From Saccostrea cucullata (Eukaryota): 64,000 nt of DNA. Position 1 is the stretch's first letter. Every line of letters starts with the position of its first letter. Location of the stretch: positions 310,001-374,000 of the forward strand of contig NW_026931975.1 in assembly GCF_032062105.1 (NCBI RefSeq), in the 5' to 3' direction. The position numbers and the translations under genes are program-made. The notes under the pieces are model-generated. The model was not told the origin of the DNA. It worked only from the letters and a program-made list of their open reading frames with translations, and searched no databases. Below, piece after piece: positions 12,601-24,448 of the stretch.

Positions 12601-14677
12601 TCATATCAATATAGGGAAAAAATAATAATGATAAAGATGTTACTTTCTATGCATGGAGACATCACAATCTATATCAATTACTGGAATCCCTTGAATTCAT
12701 CACTGAATGAAATATTAATCAATGTAAATGACCCCTGGTCAAACTGACCAGTGTGGACTGTTCCTGTCTTTGTTCAGCTAACTTCTTCTCTTTGTCTCGT
12801 TCAAGTCTCAAATTCCTGGCCACATTCATCATAGTGGTGGAATTAGGATGAGACTCCACCTATTAAAACAGAAAAATAAATTGTGTTGGATATTTTAATG
12901 TAAGGCTTTTAATATTTTAGTATTAAACATTTACAATTAACAGGTCACAGTGTAATAGAGATAAAGATTATTTTCCTTTGGTAATCAAATCTTAAAAAGA
13001 ACTTCTAATGCACATGCAGTGTAATTGTTTACTACACTTATTATGGACATATACAATACCTTTCTTTTGAGTCTTTCTACTCGTTTAATCAGCTGTTCTT
13101 TCTCTTCCTCCATGTTGGAGATGTCCTTTTTGATTTCCCCTGTGTTATATCCCGAGTTCTTCAGACCCTCTGCCTCTTTGTGCAGCTCTTTGAATTGTTC
13201 CATAGCTTCCTCATACTTTAAAATAATCAATAATAAAATGTACTTACACTGAACAACATAAGAAAAATATAATGTTCTCTTCACAACATGCAAAATATAC
13301 TGTCAAATTATTTCTTTCATAATTGCATGCACTGAAAAAACAAAGTAGACTTATTAGTTGACACAAACCTGTGCAAAGAGATCAGGAATGGGATCCTCTG
13401 CCATGATCTCCGGGGGACATCTACCTTCACCAAAAACCGGGCCAGGTAAGCTCTCTTCTTGAGATCTGGTATCCGCTTTAACAGCCATTCCAGGATGGGA
13501 TAAATAACTAACTTGTCTCCCTGCACTAAGCCACTTCTGAATGATTGCCTGCAAGTTATGTTCAGAAGTGTTAAAAGAAGAAAAGCTACAATATTACACC
13601 CCTACCAATTTCCTTCTTCATATCATATGACAAATACATGCACTTCTGTTATATCAACAACTTAAAGCTAAATAACTATGTAACATTTAAAAGTGTTTTT
13701 TTTTTCATCCAATGATAAATTCATTTGTAATTAACTAAGTACAAGAAATTAACAGTTTCTCATTTTATTTTATGCTTACTTTATGCTCTATGTGTATAAA
13801 ATTACTTGTAACTGTTTCCTTTACCTTATCAAATCCATATACAAGTAACACAGAGAGACTGAAATTGTATACTTACACATCACTGTAAAAAAAAAAAAAA
13901 TAGAAAAGACAGACATATTAATAAAACATATCAAAAATTATAAGACATGGATATATGTTTTCATGTAGGTAGATGCATTACATTTTCCAAGGAATATCGA
14001 TTATACAGAATTTTAAATTATAAAATGCATGTATGTATTCCCTTCATTTGTGTTAAGTCAATGTAAAAATTCATTTTAATTTCGATTTCAATAATAGCAA
14101 GGAAAATGACATCAATCTTACTCTGTTGGGGGTTTATATTTAAGGATCCTCAAGGTGTTAAACATTCTGACTGCAGTCTGATCAGCTGATTCCTCCCGGA
14201 TATCAACTTTTTGCTGTAAGTCAAAACATGATTAAACATTTAAATTCATTAACACTCTTACAAGTATGTGTGTACACGGTTGTCCCTAAGACCCTGGGAA
14301 TTTCCCCACCTATAATGACATATGAAATCCCTGGATATTCTTGAATCACCCCTCATGCCCCTGTTAGGGAAGGAACCCCATGCCTTTCTACTTTTTTAAT
14401 ATCTTGCTAGTTGTTAGGGACAACCCTGCACAAATTCTAAACGATTTAAAAAAAATTTTAATTCTGGTAAATTAAAGTCATGAAGCATAAATAGTCAACT
14501 AAAAGTAAATGATTATTGTACTGTAGAATTAACCTTTGGATCAATAACACCCAAAACATCAGTCAAAACTTGGAGAAGTTGTAAAGGCTCCAAGGAATCA
14601 AATGATATCAAGTTATAGGTCTTGCTGAATGGCTCCTTGGCCAATTCCTGGACAATGAACTTCAATTGTTCACTCAT
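3609..14677 (-). CDS. IFT81: Intraflagellar transport protein 81 (IFT-B), ~681 aa, 15 coding exons
   Basis: Exons 5'->3': 14677-14534, 14213-14122, 13882-13877 (micro-exon), 13548-13369, 13215-13060, 12859-12749, 12473-12389, 12064-11901, 11210-11115, 10730-10584, 9319-9170, 8828-8610, 5670-5584, 4430-4273, 3858-3609. All are GT-AG and phase-consistent except one missing base at 13412-13416. Translation [38 protein letters not shown]...[13 protein letters not shown]...[18 protein letters not shown]...EEDRLVM* is collinear with human IFT81 as recalled. A 5'UTR acceptor lies at 14700 and AATAAA at 3427-3422. Confidence 0.97.
4420..4665 (-). repeat. Degenerate ~40-bp repeat (6 copies) of an IFT81 3' splice site
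   Basis: Plus-strand CACCTCCTGTAAAAGGAAAATCA variants at ~4421, 4477, 4519, 4553, 4596 and 4638. Confidence 0.85.
6943..8348 (+). mobile_element. Non-autonomous Helentron-type element (HINE/pearl-like) with ~7.5 x 156-bp tandem repeats
   Basis: Subterminal inverted repeat AGCTCTACTGG / CCAGTAGAGCT, near-identical 156-bp units, (GACA)n(GACG)n, and terminal hairpin AGCTCTTCTGGTC-TCT-GACCAGTAGAGCT followed by an A-run. Confidence 0.9.
9733..10612 (-). repeat. 55-bp minisatellite (~16 copies) made of an IFT81 exon end plus its 5' splice site
   Basis: Unit on minus: GGGGTGGGGAAGTCCTGAAGGGAGAGGAT|GTAAGTATTACATAGGTGGATTATGT. The first copy is the true exon end (GEVLKGED). Confidence 0.95.
14275..14428. 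mobile_element. Small MITE
   Basis: CACGGTTGTCCCTAA / TTAGGGACAACCCTG inverted termini. No clear TSD. Confidence 0.6.
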
Positions 14678-14881
14678 CTTTATTTCACTGCTGGATATTC
14701 TGAAATAAAATAAAACAATTGCTTTTCACAGAAACTAGATTACTGCATGTAGCTGCTGTACAGTCTAACAAACAGTCATGGCTGTTAATTCTAAGAATTC
14801 TAAGAAAATGGCCATTATTATTAAGCTACATTTTTCGTAAAGTGAAACCAAACATTTCATCTAATAAATGACAGGACCAGT

Positions 14882-15680
14882 CAATGTAATCTCAGCGAAA
14901 TGTCCTTGGGACTAAAAATTTTGTCTGGAATCCCTTGTCGGAGAGTCAACATCTCAGCCCGGTGTCACACAAACTGATTCAGGTTTTCTTGCCCTGATTT
15001 TGTTTGTTTCAATCAACACAAGTTGAAATGAATTAGCTGATTTTGTTTAAAAGGTTTAAATCCAACAAAATATAAAGTTGAATTTTTTTATTTGTTTAAA
15101 TGCAGCTTCAAATACTTCGTTCTCCTCCTGTTTCCTATAGGAATTTATTTGATGCAGACTATTGCTGGAACTCTTCAGCATTGAAGGTTTAAACAAATTG
15201 GATACTGTAAACCAACTATTATTTGCATCATCTTTTATTAGCGATTTGTCAGTTTGAAATCAATCCGCGACAATTAATTTTCATGAATAAGGAAACATTG
15301 TCTACAAAAACAAAGCAAAATAAATGATTCATGACGATTAATATTCGCAACCTAACGAAGGTCGCAAAAACTCGTGAATATTTCTCACACACGAATAAAA
15401 TTTGGTTTACAGTATATATCTATGAAAAATCAACAACTTTATATTTTGTTGGATTTAAATCTTTTAAAGGTAAGAATTAGAAACGAAAGTTTTATAGTGA
15501 TAGAGACCTAAAAGGAAGTTGAAGTGGGCAGCTAATTCATTTCAGCCGGTATTCATGGAAACAAACTGTCGAAGTCGGGGCAAGAAAAACCGAATCAGTT
15601 TGTGTGACATTGGGCTGAGATGTCCTAGGGACACCAGACCAAAATTTTTAGTCCCTACGTCATCTCGCTGAGATTACAGT
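14882..15680. mobile_element. Foldback element with ~200-bp inverted arms and a nested MITE (~15203-15414)
   Basis: TGTAATCTCAGCGA..GGGACTAAAAATTT..CACACAAACTGATTC is mirrored at 15590-15680. The inner arm 15045-15080 is mirrored at 15434-15468. Nested TACTGTAAACCAA...TTGGTTTACAGTA. Confidence 0.78.
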
Positions 15681-16000
15681 CTATGCTTAACTAATTAAGT
15701 CACCAGACCGTTGGGTTTTACTGGTAAAGTGTGATTACAATAAGTAAAAAAAAAAGATTCTAGAATTGATTTTCTTTTGAAAAAATAATCTGAATTTACA
15801 AGTACCATGCAATCCTATTTTTTTACTATTGGTTTACTCTTCAGAATTTTTGTTTTCTAATCAGTCCAGAAACAATGTCTTTATTTACCCATAAAGCTTT
15901 ATGTAGCCGCTCATATTTACCACTCAACAAATAAAAATAAATTATTGAACTTAAAAAGGGGGGGGGGGTACTATCTTCATCAAATCATCAGACGCCACAC

Positions 16001-16015
16001 GTTACTATGGACAAT
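16001..16015 (-). promoter_or_regulatory. Candidate RFX X-box in the IFT81/SPCS2 divergent promoter
   Basis: Minus strand ATTGTC-CAT-AGTAAC fits the relaxed RYYNYY-N3-RRNRAC consensus, upstream of a ciliary gene. An ETS-like ACTTCCTG lies at ~16283-16290. Confidence 0.55.
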
Positions 16016-16300
16016 AAAAATCCTATAAATATGAATTGCTGCAATAAAATTGATGTGAAAATTTAATTGTCATTGTTTAATTAACAAAGTATTTGACTTC
16101 TATGAAATTGTACAATTTCTTACCATAGAAAATGTGTGATTGTTGCCACTTTTTGCTGTTTTTTTTCGGTCTTCTGAAAATATGCAGATCCCCGGATGAA
16201 CACAGAAATTGTAGAAATATCGATCCCGATTTAAATAAAAATTTAAATCGGGTGCGGGATTCAAATCTATTGAAAAACGTGTACTTCCTGCTAGACGAAG

Positions 16301-19300
16301 ATGTCTTCAAAAAAGTCTGCAAAGGTATTTTATGTGTACATTCTTTACAAATACATTTTTTGATTTCATAGGGCATTCATTTCAGGTTCACCGAAAACAG
16401 AAAGCAGAACTTCAGTGCTTCAAGTCCCTGTTTCAGAGGACAATCAATGTTATTGTTTAAGATGACATATGGAAGTTATCCATATTTTTTTTAACCATGT
16501 TTATAACAGGAAATTCTTGTTACAATATCTAAAACAAAAATATTTTGTCAGGAATAAAATGACTTGCTCTCAATTTTGAATACAAGGTAGAAAAATACTC
16601 TTCCTTTTTTCTTGATTTAACAATTTTTGAAAATAAAATTACATGTACATGCTTCAATATTTTGTATTGATCTGGGATTCAGGGATCATGATTTATACTA
16701 GTCAAAAATAAGCCATCTCTCTAGAAAAGCCTTCATCACATTTAAAACATGGCTCGAATAGTTGCAATATAGTGAAGAGTAAATCTTTTCCGGTGTAATT
16801 TTGAAGAATACCGAGGAGTTGCACTGGAAATAAAAACCATTTTAAATATCACATAGTTGCCAACTCACCCGATTTCGTCGGGTCACACCCGATTTTTCAA
16901 CCCGTAACCCGATTATTTTTTATGACACGGCGGGTCATGCTTATATTTTTGCCGAACAACCCGAAAATCTCCCGATTTCCGGATTTGGTTCGTAAATTAG
17001 GTTGCACTTTTAACTTCCAGTTACAACCCACGCTTAGATCTACGTAAACAATGCCAATGGATTAATTATCTTTGCAGGTGTAAACAATTAACTGGGTGTT
17101 GTTTTGACAAATCAATGTCTGAAGTCAATTAAAATGGCTTCCGATAGAACTAGATCGTTATCAGGGCCAACAGGAACAAATTGAACCAAACACATGTCTC
17201 TAATTGAACCAAGAAAAAGAGAAACGATATTTAGATACATATCAAGGAATTTTGGGGGAAAAAAATTCATTCTAGATAAAATAAAGTGATCAAAGACAGT
17301 GTAGGCCTAACTTCAAATTTAAAACATGTTGCAGTAGTTAATTAATTAAGAGAGAGGTAAAATAACTTCAAAAATGAAATTGGTATACTTTCAAATTTAA
17401 CAGAAACTGAAAAGGCTTTTTTAAAAAAAATGCACATTCTGACTTCAGGTCAATACTGAAATATGAAACCTTCAATTTTCATTTTTAACATGTAAATTAA
17501 AGCAAATTATGTATGAATTTTTTGTCATAGTAAATTAAATCCTTTTTCAATAAAAGAATTCTCAATACACAAATACTTTGTATATATGTATAAAATTTAA
17601 TCATGGTAAATATGTCGTGAATGTCGTTACGCCTTATGACCAGATTTTTTACTTTCCAAATCTGGTCATGACCAGATTTTTACATGCTGGAGGTTGGCAA
17701 GTATGATATCATGACAAACCTTTTCAGGCTTCTATATATAAAACCTTTTTCTTAATAATCATCCATATAAATAAAAAAAACAGCACTTTATAAAATGTTT
17801 TTTTCTCACCTCAAATGTGCAGATTTGACATTTCGAACATCCTAGATTGTTTAATATTGTATTTTATGCATAGACTAGAATTATCTGCCCCTACTGATTT
17901 TGCTAAATAGCGATAAGCCAACACACGGAATGAATTCTATTGTTATACCATATTTGTAGAAGTAGCAGTTTGATTATAGTTGTTCTATCTAATCATGCTC
18001 AATTCATGCTAATTGTGTAAATACAGATGGGCTCTTAATTATTGTCAGCATACAATCTTGAAGTGCATGAAATTTTTACAGGTTGTTCGTTAGATGTTTA
18101 TCATAGCTGCATCTATATACAGAAAGTGCAAAATTATTATTTTTTAAATGTGAATTTACAATGGCAGTGTGGAAAATACTTTTTATACTAGGAAGATTGT
18201 ACTTTCTTTTAAGAATGGTGAGGAGATTATTGATGAAAAGGACCAAAAGGTTTGGCAAAGTTCATTTCATGCATGTATTGTTTATTTTATGGTGACAGAA
18301 ACATTCAAACACATATGTATACATGTAGCCACCAATTCTTTGTTCAGGTCAGACATCGAATCTATAGCTTCAATTATTTTTCAATAAGAAAAATGTGTTT
18401 TTATGAATTTTATGGCCTTTAAGCCTTTTGATATGTACATAAGCTCAGGGGAAAGTAGTTTATTTGTGCATGTTTGAATGATTTTCAATGTCCCTGGTAT
18501 TTGTGCTGCCATTATATACCTGTATACCAAGTGTTTTGGTAGTTGACTTTTTGCTTTGGCATGTTTCCCATGTGCCATGATGAAAAGTGCTTCAGGTACT
18601 GCATACAGTTCGTGTTATGGATGTTAAAAATGTACTGCAATGCTGCATAAGTGCCCGTCATTGTTGAAGTTTTTAACCCACAAAACAGATAATTTATTGT
18701 CTAATTAAATGTTGAAATTTTACGCATGCTACCTTAAAGTTGGTTATGGGAATTAGAAAACTGTATTGGTGGTTACTGGATAGTTAGCATGGTTAGTTTT
18801 GCCAGCGGAATTTAAAGAGATAAAAAAAGACAGAATTTTGGATTACAATGGTGACCACTGGTATTTGAAAAACTGATATACTGTATTTTGGATTGACTTT
18901 TGCAGATTGAGTGAACAATATACCTGTTAATGATAGGGCTGTATCAATATATCGATATATCGATACGTATCGATTTTGAAAAATAATTTCCAATTATGAC
19001 ATACAGTTTTTAGTCTAATTCTGTTAAAAAGATGGGAATTTTAATCACCAAAGATTACATTTCACATTTCTAAATTAAAAATGATCAATAATTATATAAT
19101 CACTGATAATTATTAAGGAAATAACACAATTTTTATAATTGATATAAAATACACAGACTATGTTATTTTAATATGTTGATTTTACAGACATTAAAAGTTT
19201 AAATTTGAAGTGTTTTTTGTGATGAAAATGAGTCAAGAACTTTAAAATGGGTAATAAAACACTAAATTAAATTATAAAATTCATCCATTAAATGATTCAT

Positions 19301-21745
19301 AAGCCTTTTTTTATTAACTTTTTTTAGAAACCAATATATCGCATATCGCTTTAAAAAATATCGTATCGTATTGTATCGAAATACTTTGTTCAATACACAG
19401 CCCTAGTTAATGATACTATTTTGTTAATTTGACTGTAGTGGAACATTGATGAGAAACCAGTGAAGATTGATAAATGGGACACAGCAGCTGTGAAGAATGC
19501 TCTAGATGATGCTGCCAAGAAGGTAACCAAAATTTGAATATTAAGATCTCCATCAGAGTGTTCAAATCTAAGTTCTTGACTGCTTTCATCTCTGTCTGTA
19601 TCAATATAAACTATTGGGAGGGGGTAGGTCTAGTATAACAATAATCCATAATGAATGTATATTAAATATGTATATACCTACTCCTCATATTGATCTTAAT
19701 ATGCTCACTGATTTTGGAGTGTATACCAAAGTTCCAAAATACTTTTTTGAGTAAAGCATGCTGATTTTTTTTCATTTTCAAGTAAAAGGAACACTAATGA
19801 AGGAGATATGACAACATTTTTTTTTCACCATTAATTCAAAACTGTTAGATACTGTAATTTTATTTGGATTTTTCAATTCTGAGACAGTGAGTGCTATATT
19901 TGTTTCTGAATGTAACAAATTATAAAATGTTGCATATAGTGCAGTACATTCTGTTCTTTGAATTTTTTACACATCCATTGTCTAATACAACCATTTGTTG
20001 ACTGATCTAATATGATGTCTTACACAGGTGTTGAAGGAGAAGTTTGGTTACGTGGAGTCACACAAGCTGATGGACCTCCGTCTGTTGATCTGTACCGTCG
20101 CCGTGGGTTTCTCTCTGTTCGCCCTCATCTGGGACTATCTCCGGCCATTCCCCGAATCTCGACCCATTCTCATCATGTGTGTTTTATCGTATCCTTTCTG
20201 TCACCACAACAGGAGAGAAAAATGTTTATCTGGATATTTTAGCTTGAATCCAAAAAAATACAATCATTAAAAAATAAATGATTAGCATCTTTGTTTTTGA
20301 AAATGAGGCATGTACCATATCACAATAAGTATGGCACTGCACATTCACAGGGGAAATTGATATTAATGAAATAAAAGATGTAACAGCTGTACAATGATTA
20401 TGACATGATCAGGCGAGTTTTCCTTTGAAGTATCTGCCTTCTAGAGTTTGTCAAACTGTATTAATTTGCTCCACAAAAGAGCAGTACCACTGACAGTTAA
20501 TTTGAAATGGTTTATTATTGCTGCAAATTCAAATTCTTCTACAGTTCAAATGCTTAATTTAGCATCTTATTTCATTCTAATGTTCATAAATGGCAAGGTC
20601 TTAGTGTAATAATTTGTGTTTTTTTATACACACACCAGGTACTGCATGTTTTGTTTATATGTTTGAGTTTGCTCCTTTACCCAGTGTCTAGATACTTTGT
20701 GTTGATGGGAATACTGACCCTGTACACCACCTATGTGGAGAAAGGGATTTTTCTGGTGGCCCTCCAGAAAGACGAAGCAGGGGTGGATCCAGACAATAAA
20801 TGGGAGTTGTCCTCACTGTTAAAAAAGTAAGTTATAAAAACCACTCAGTGTGTGTATTGTAAAATGTTGGCGTCTTTATGATAGTGAGGTTTAGTAGACA
20901 AAATCTGTGTGCCAATTGATAAATGTGTATTACAAGTAAGGATTATGCTTTCTCTGTTTATCGGTGTATAGTGCATACATTTGCTCGGAAATGTTATGAA
21001 TGTTACATGAAATTTATAATGTATATCAAGGTCAAGTGTATAAGGTATATAAAGGTCAAGATTTTATGTATTTAATCTCTATAAAATGATTCAGTGATAA
21101 TCTTTTAGATCTTTGGTGTTTTGCTATAAATCTTTAGGAATTAGAAAAACACACATCTTTACTGAAATTTCAGAATTGTAAAACTTGATATTGTAGAAAG
21201 TAGGTACACATTAATGTTAGATTCTCTATGTTATTACTATGCCCCCCTTTGATGAAGGGAGGGCATAATGCTTTGCTGCTGTGTGTTGGTCGGTCTGTTG
21301 GTCCATCATCAGTTTCCGCTCATATTTTGCAATGGTTGCACATATTGAAATAAAGTTTGGTATACAGATTTATCATGAGAATATCTAGGTCAACGTCTGT
21401 TTTGGGTTTGATCGAGCCATTTTGGACAGAGTTTTGCCCCTTGGACTTTGTAAAATGCCAATAATTTGCAGTTTTAAATTATTTGGGGGAGGGGGGCATA
21501 AGTGTTTTACACATCTCTTGTTTACAGTTTTATATAAATTATTATGCTCTATTTATAGATATGATGACATGTACCACCTCACCATGACCTTCACAGACGG
21601 AATCACAGGGATCCAAAGGTCAAAGGAATTCTCCAAGTCTGTCGCCAGCTACTTTGATGAAAATGGAACATTATGTTTCGATCTCTTTGAACCAGAAATT
21701 AGACTTCTTCATAATCAAATTTCAGCAGAAGGAAAGAAGGACTAA
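16301..21745 (+). CDS. SPCS2: Signal peptidase complex subunit 2 (SPC25), 196 aa, 5 exons
   Basis: Exons 16301-16324 (MSSKKSAK, least certain), 19439-19522, 20028-20188, 20692-20826, 21559-21745. Motifs [52 protein letters not shown] and [13 protein letters not shown] match SPCS2. AATAAA at ~22052 and ~22094. Confidence 0.96.
16852..17705. mobile_element. Non-autonomous TIR element with 6-bp TSD (ATATCA)
   Basis: TIR CATAGTTGCCAAC / GTTGGCAAGTATG with ATATCA on both flanks. A related inverted fragment lies at ~47915-48092. Confidence 0.85.
18934..19405. mobile_element. hAT-type MITE
   Basis: TIR TAGGGCTGT / ACAGCCCTA, perfect 8-bp TSD GTTAATGA, subterminal ATCG repeats. Confidence 0.9.
20189..20691 (+). 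other. U12-type (minor spliceosome) GT-AG intron in SPCS2
   Basis: 5' site GTATCCTTT at 20189. Branch-like CTCCTTTAC at 20672-20680, with the A 12 nt from the 3' end and no polypyrimidine tract between. Joining restores the CVLS|YFVLMG frame. Confidence 0.93.
21236..21523 (-). mobile_element. Short HINE/pearl-like element in SPCS2 intron 4
   Basis: Hairpin TATGCCCCCCTT...AAGGGAGGGCATA, GTCG/GTCT microsatellite remnant, and distal GGGGCATA...CTCTTGTTT. Confidence 0.75.
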
Positions 21746-23298
21746 TTTAGCAATGAACATCTTATCGACTTTTCATCCTGAACATTTCTATGGCTATAGG
21801 CTTTAACATAATTCATAATATATTTTGGACATTATTTTTACAATGTTGTGCAAAAAAACGTCTGATTTATCTGCATATAAGGAGTGGTGCTGAGCATTGA
21901 CTGGGTAAAAGGGAGATTTCATTGTGTTGTGTCATAGATTTGAATGTTGTATATTTTTTGTCTGAGTGCTCTTTATGTGAATGTTCATTAAATATGGTAC
22001 ATACTAGTCAATGATGACTTTTTTTGGAGGAAGAGGATATTTACAATTGTAAATAAAATTCATTACACCAATCAACATGATCAATGCTTTTGTAAATAAA
22101 ACTGCAGTTAACTGTAAAACATACTTGTACCTGTATATAACAGTGTGCTAGGGATAGATCATTTTGCTTCACTATAAGAATAATTCATTATATTTGTTAA
22201 GTTTAAAATATATTTTTTTGTGATGTTCAATAATAGGAGGAACAACAATTTGAAATCCCTTCTATAATTATATTTTCATCAAGGTTAAAAGTGCTTTTGC
22301 TATATTAGCATCAGTTACTATATTATAAGTTTTTATCCCAGCAGTTCATTAAGACATTGAATGTCCAATGAAATCATATTGTGATGTTAAATAATAGAAT
22401 CTTTATTACATATTGCCATTGTGCACCTCCTATTTTACTTTTTATAACATATATTTTCATAGCAAAACATGGACACTGCCATTTAAACAGGGCAATTTTT
22501 AATCTTATTTTCAATTTAGGATGGGTACTTAAACAAGATTTGTATTTGAGTTATCTTTCTTTGTGTTCTAGTATGACCAGCAGCCACAGAGCGAAAAAAT
22601 GTCAGTCTTGGAAATTAAGAAAATAAGGGGGAGCGGCGCAATATCCCTAAATATTAAAAAAAAAATTCTTGGGGAAAGATACCAGTAAACACTTTCCAAA
22701 GTCAATTATTGTGATGATTGACAACCCCCCCCCCCCCCCCCCACCCTGACCCGATCCGCGCATGAGTATGCCCTGACTATAGGAGGCTTATAAGTAGGCT
22801 GTCTTGTTCAATTTGGTGTGCATTTTATTGTATATAATGAAGAAAATGTAGATTGTTTTGTAATTTACACACTTCATGAGAATTACAGCAATTGCAACCG
22901 CATGTTATGATCCATCCAAATATAAGCAATCTGAAAATATTACTGAAAATGCACATTTTTCTACTAAAATTCATTCATTTCTTGGTGACACAGGGTATAG
23001 AAATTTTTAAAAAATTCTTATGAGTTCTACTTTTATTGTGTTATACTTTTAGAAGAATTTTGAATTTTCATGTTTTGAATATACATTCACATGTTATCAA
23101 TTTTTCCTCTTATAAATATTTTTTTTCTGTGAACAAATTATTTTTGCGTCTTTGGCAAGCTTACTGTGTGTATTTTAATGTCCCAAACTGCGTGTGTGGT
23201 GTAGATACATGTATATACCCAAATTGTAAATCACAAGCCGATTTCCTACACTTTCATGTTCAATTAAAAAAAATATATATTAAATTAATGAGGTATGT

Positions 23299-24026
23299 CA
23301 GTGGCGTATAGTCCTTTCTGCTAATGAGTAGGCTAGGGTGAACTCACAGATTTAACTGAGGTGCAAAGTGTGTGTAGACAAGGAGCTTCCTCTCAAAAGG
23401 TATTGGGGGGTGTCAAAGGGAGCATATTTGCAGACTCAGACATCTACAGTTTTAATTTAACCAGTGAAAACAATAGCAGAGACGTATTTACAGTTCAGTT
23501 ATATCGTGATGTGAAGACCACTTAACAAAACTGAGAACTATTAACCTATCCTTTAACTCTGCTTACATGTAGAAAATATGGAAACTTCCTGAAACTGAAT
23601 AATTAAAATTCGATCAATACGTTGAATTTCCTACTAACCAAATATAAGTCGTTATCAATTTCGTTTCCTGCACTTATTATAAACTTCTGTTGCTTTCGAT
23701 GAAATTTCTGAAACAGACTTAATATGAATAACACTTGAACTTTTGCTCAATTTTTTTTTCAGCTAAGGGAATACTAGCAGTTTTCACCTTCAATAAAAAG
23801 GAAAACTGTAAACATAATCGGATATATGTATAAAAGTACAGATTGCAAAGAATGTTTTTTTTTTTTTTTTTTTTTTTTTTGCATTTGCATTTGCAACAAA
23901 ATAAATTAATAAGTACAATTTATTATCAACTTCCCGCCCCTTTATCTAACCAAATTTTTTATTCCTAAAATAGAAAATGATGTGTAGGCTAAAGCCTAAT
24001 TTGTCTATATGGAATGTACGCCACTG
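23299..24026. mobile_element. Non-autonomous TIR element
   Basis: TIR CAGTGGCGTA / TACGCCACTG. Flanks TATGT / CATGT form a near 5-bp TSD. Confidence 0.75.
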
Positions 24027-24448
24027 CATGTCTTTATAACAAATATAGTAGAAGATATTCATATTGCAGTGTATAAAATTTTCCGGAAAAAAATGTGAAA
24101 GGAAAGATTAAAAAATATCCACCTGTTTTAATTTGTCATTTTAAATAAAAGCTAGAAGTTATTGGAGTGCAAATGTACTAAAATCAATTACAGAGACTTT
24201 ATTTTCTAAGTAATCTCTCCAAATGATATGAAATTTACGTTAATAAGGTCCCACTCAACCGATACTGATGTGAAACAGATTTCAAAGTTGATCCAATAAC
24301 TTCCTATAATCGCGATAATGTAATTCATTTCTCTGGCAAAGCGCACCCCTCATTATTTGTTTACGTTCGGGGGGTGCATTCACGTTCGTCGTAAATAAAA
24401 TTGTACGCGAACATCTTTACCTATTTCAGTGGCTGCGCTTGTAGAGGA

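Noticed and set aside
13317-13554. Programmed ribosomal frameshift in IFT81
   Set aside because: No slippery heptamer or stimulatory structure is evident. A homopolymer error is simpler.
16077-16376. Overlapping 99-aa and 79-aa ORFs in the divergent promoter
   Set aside because: No recognisable features. The region is explained by SPCS2 exon 1 and the promoter.
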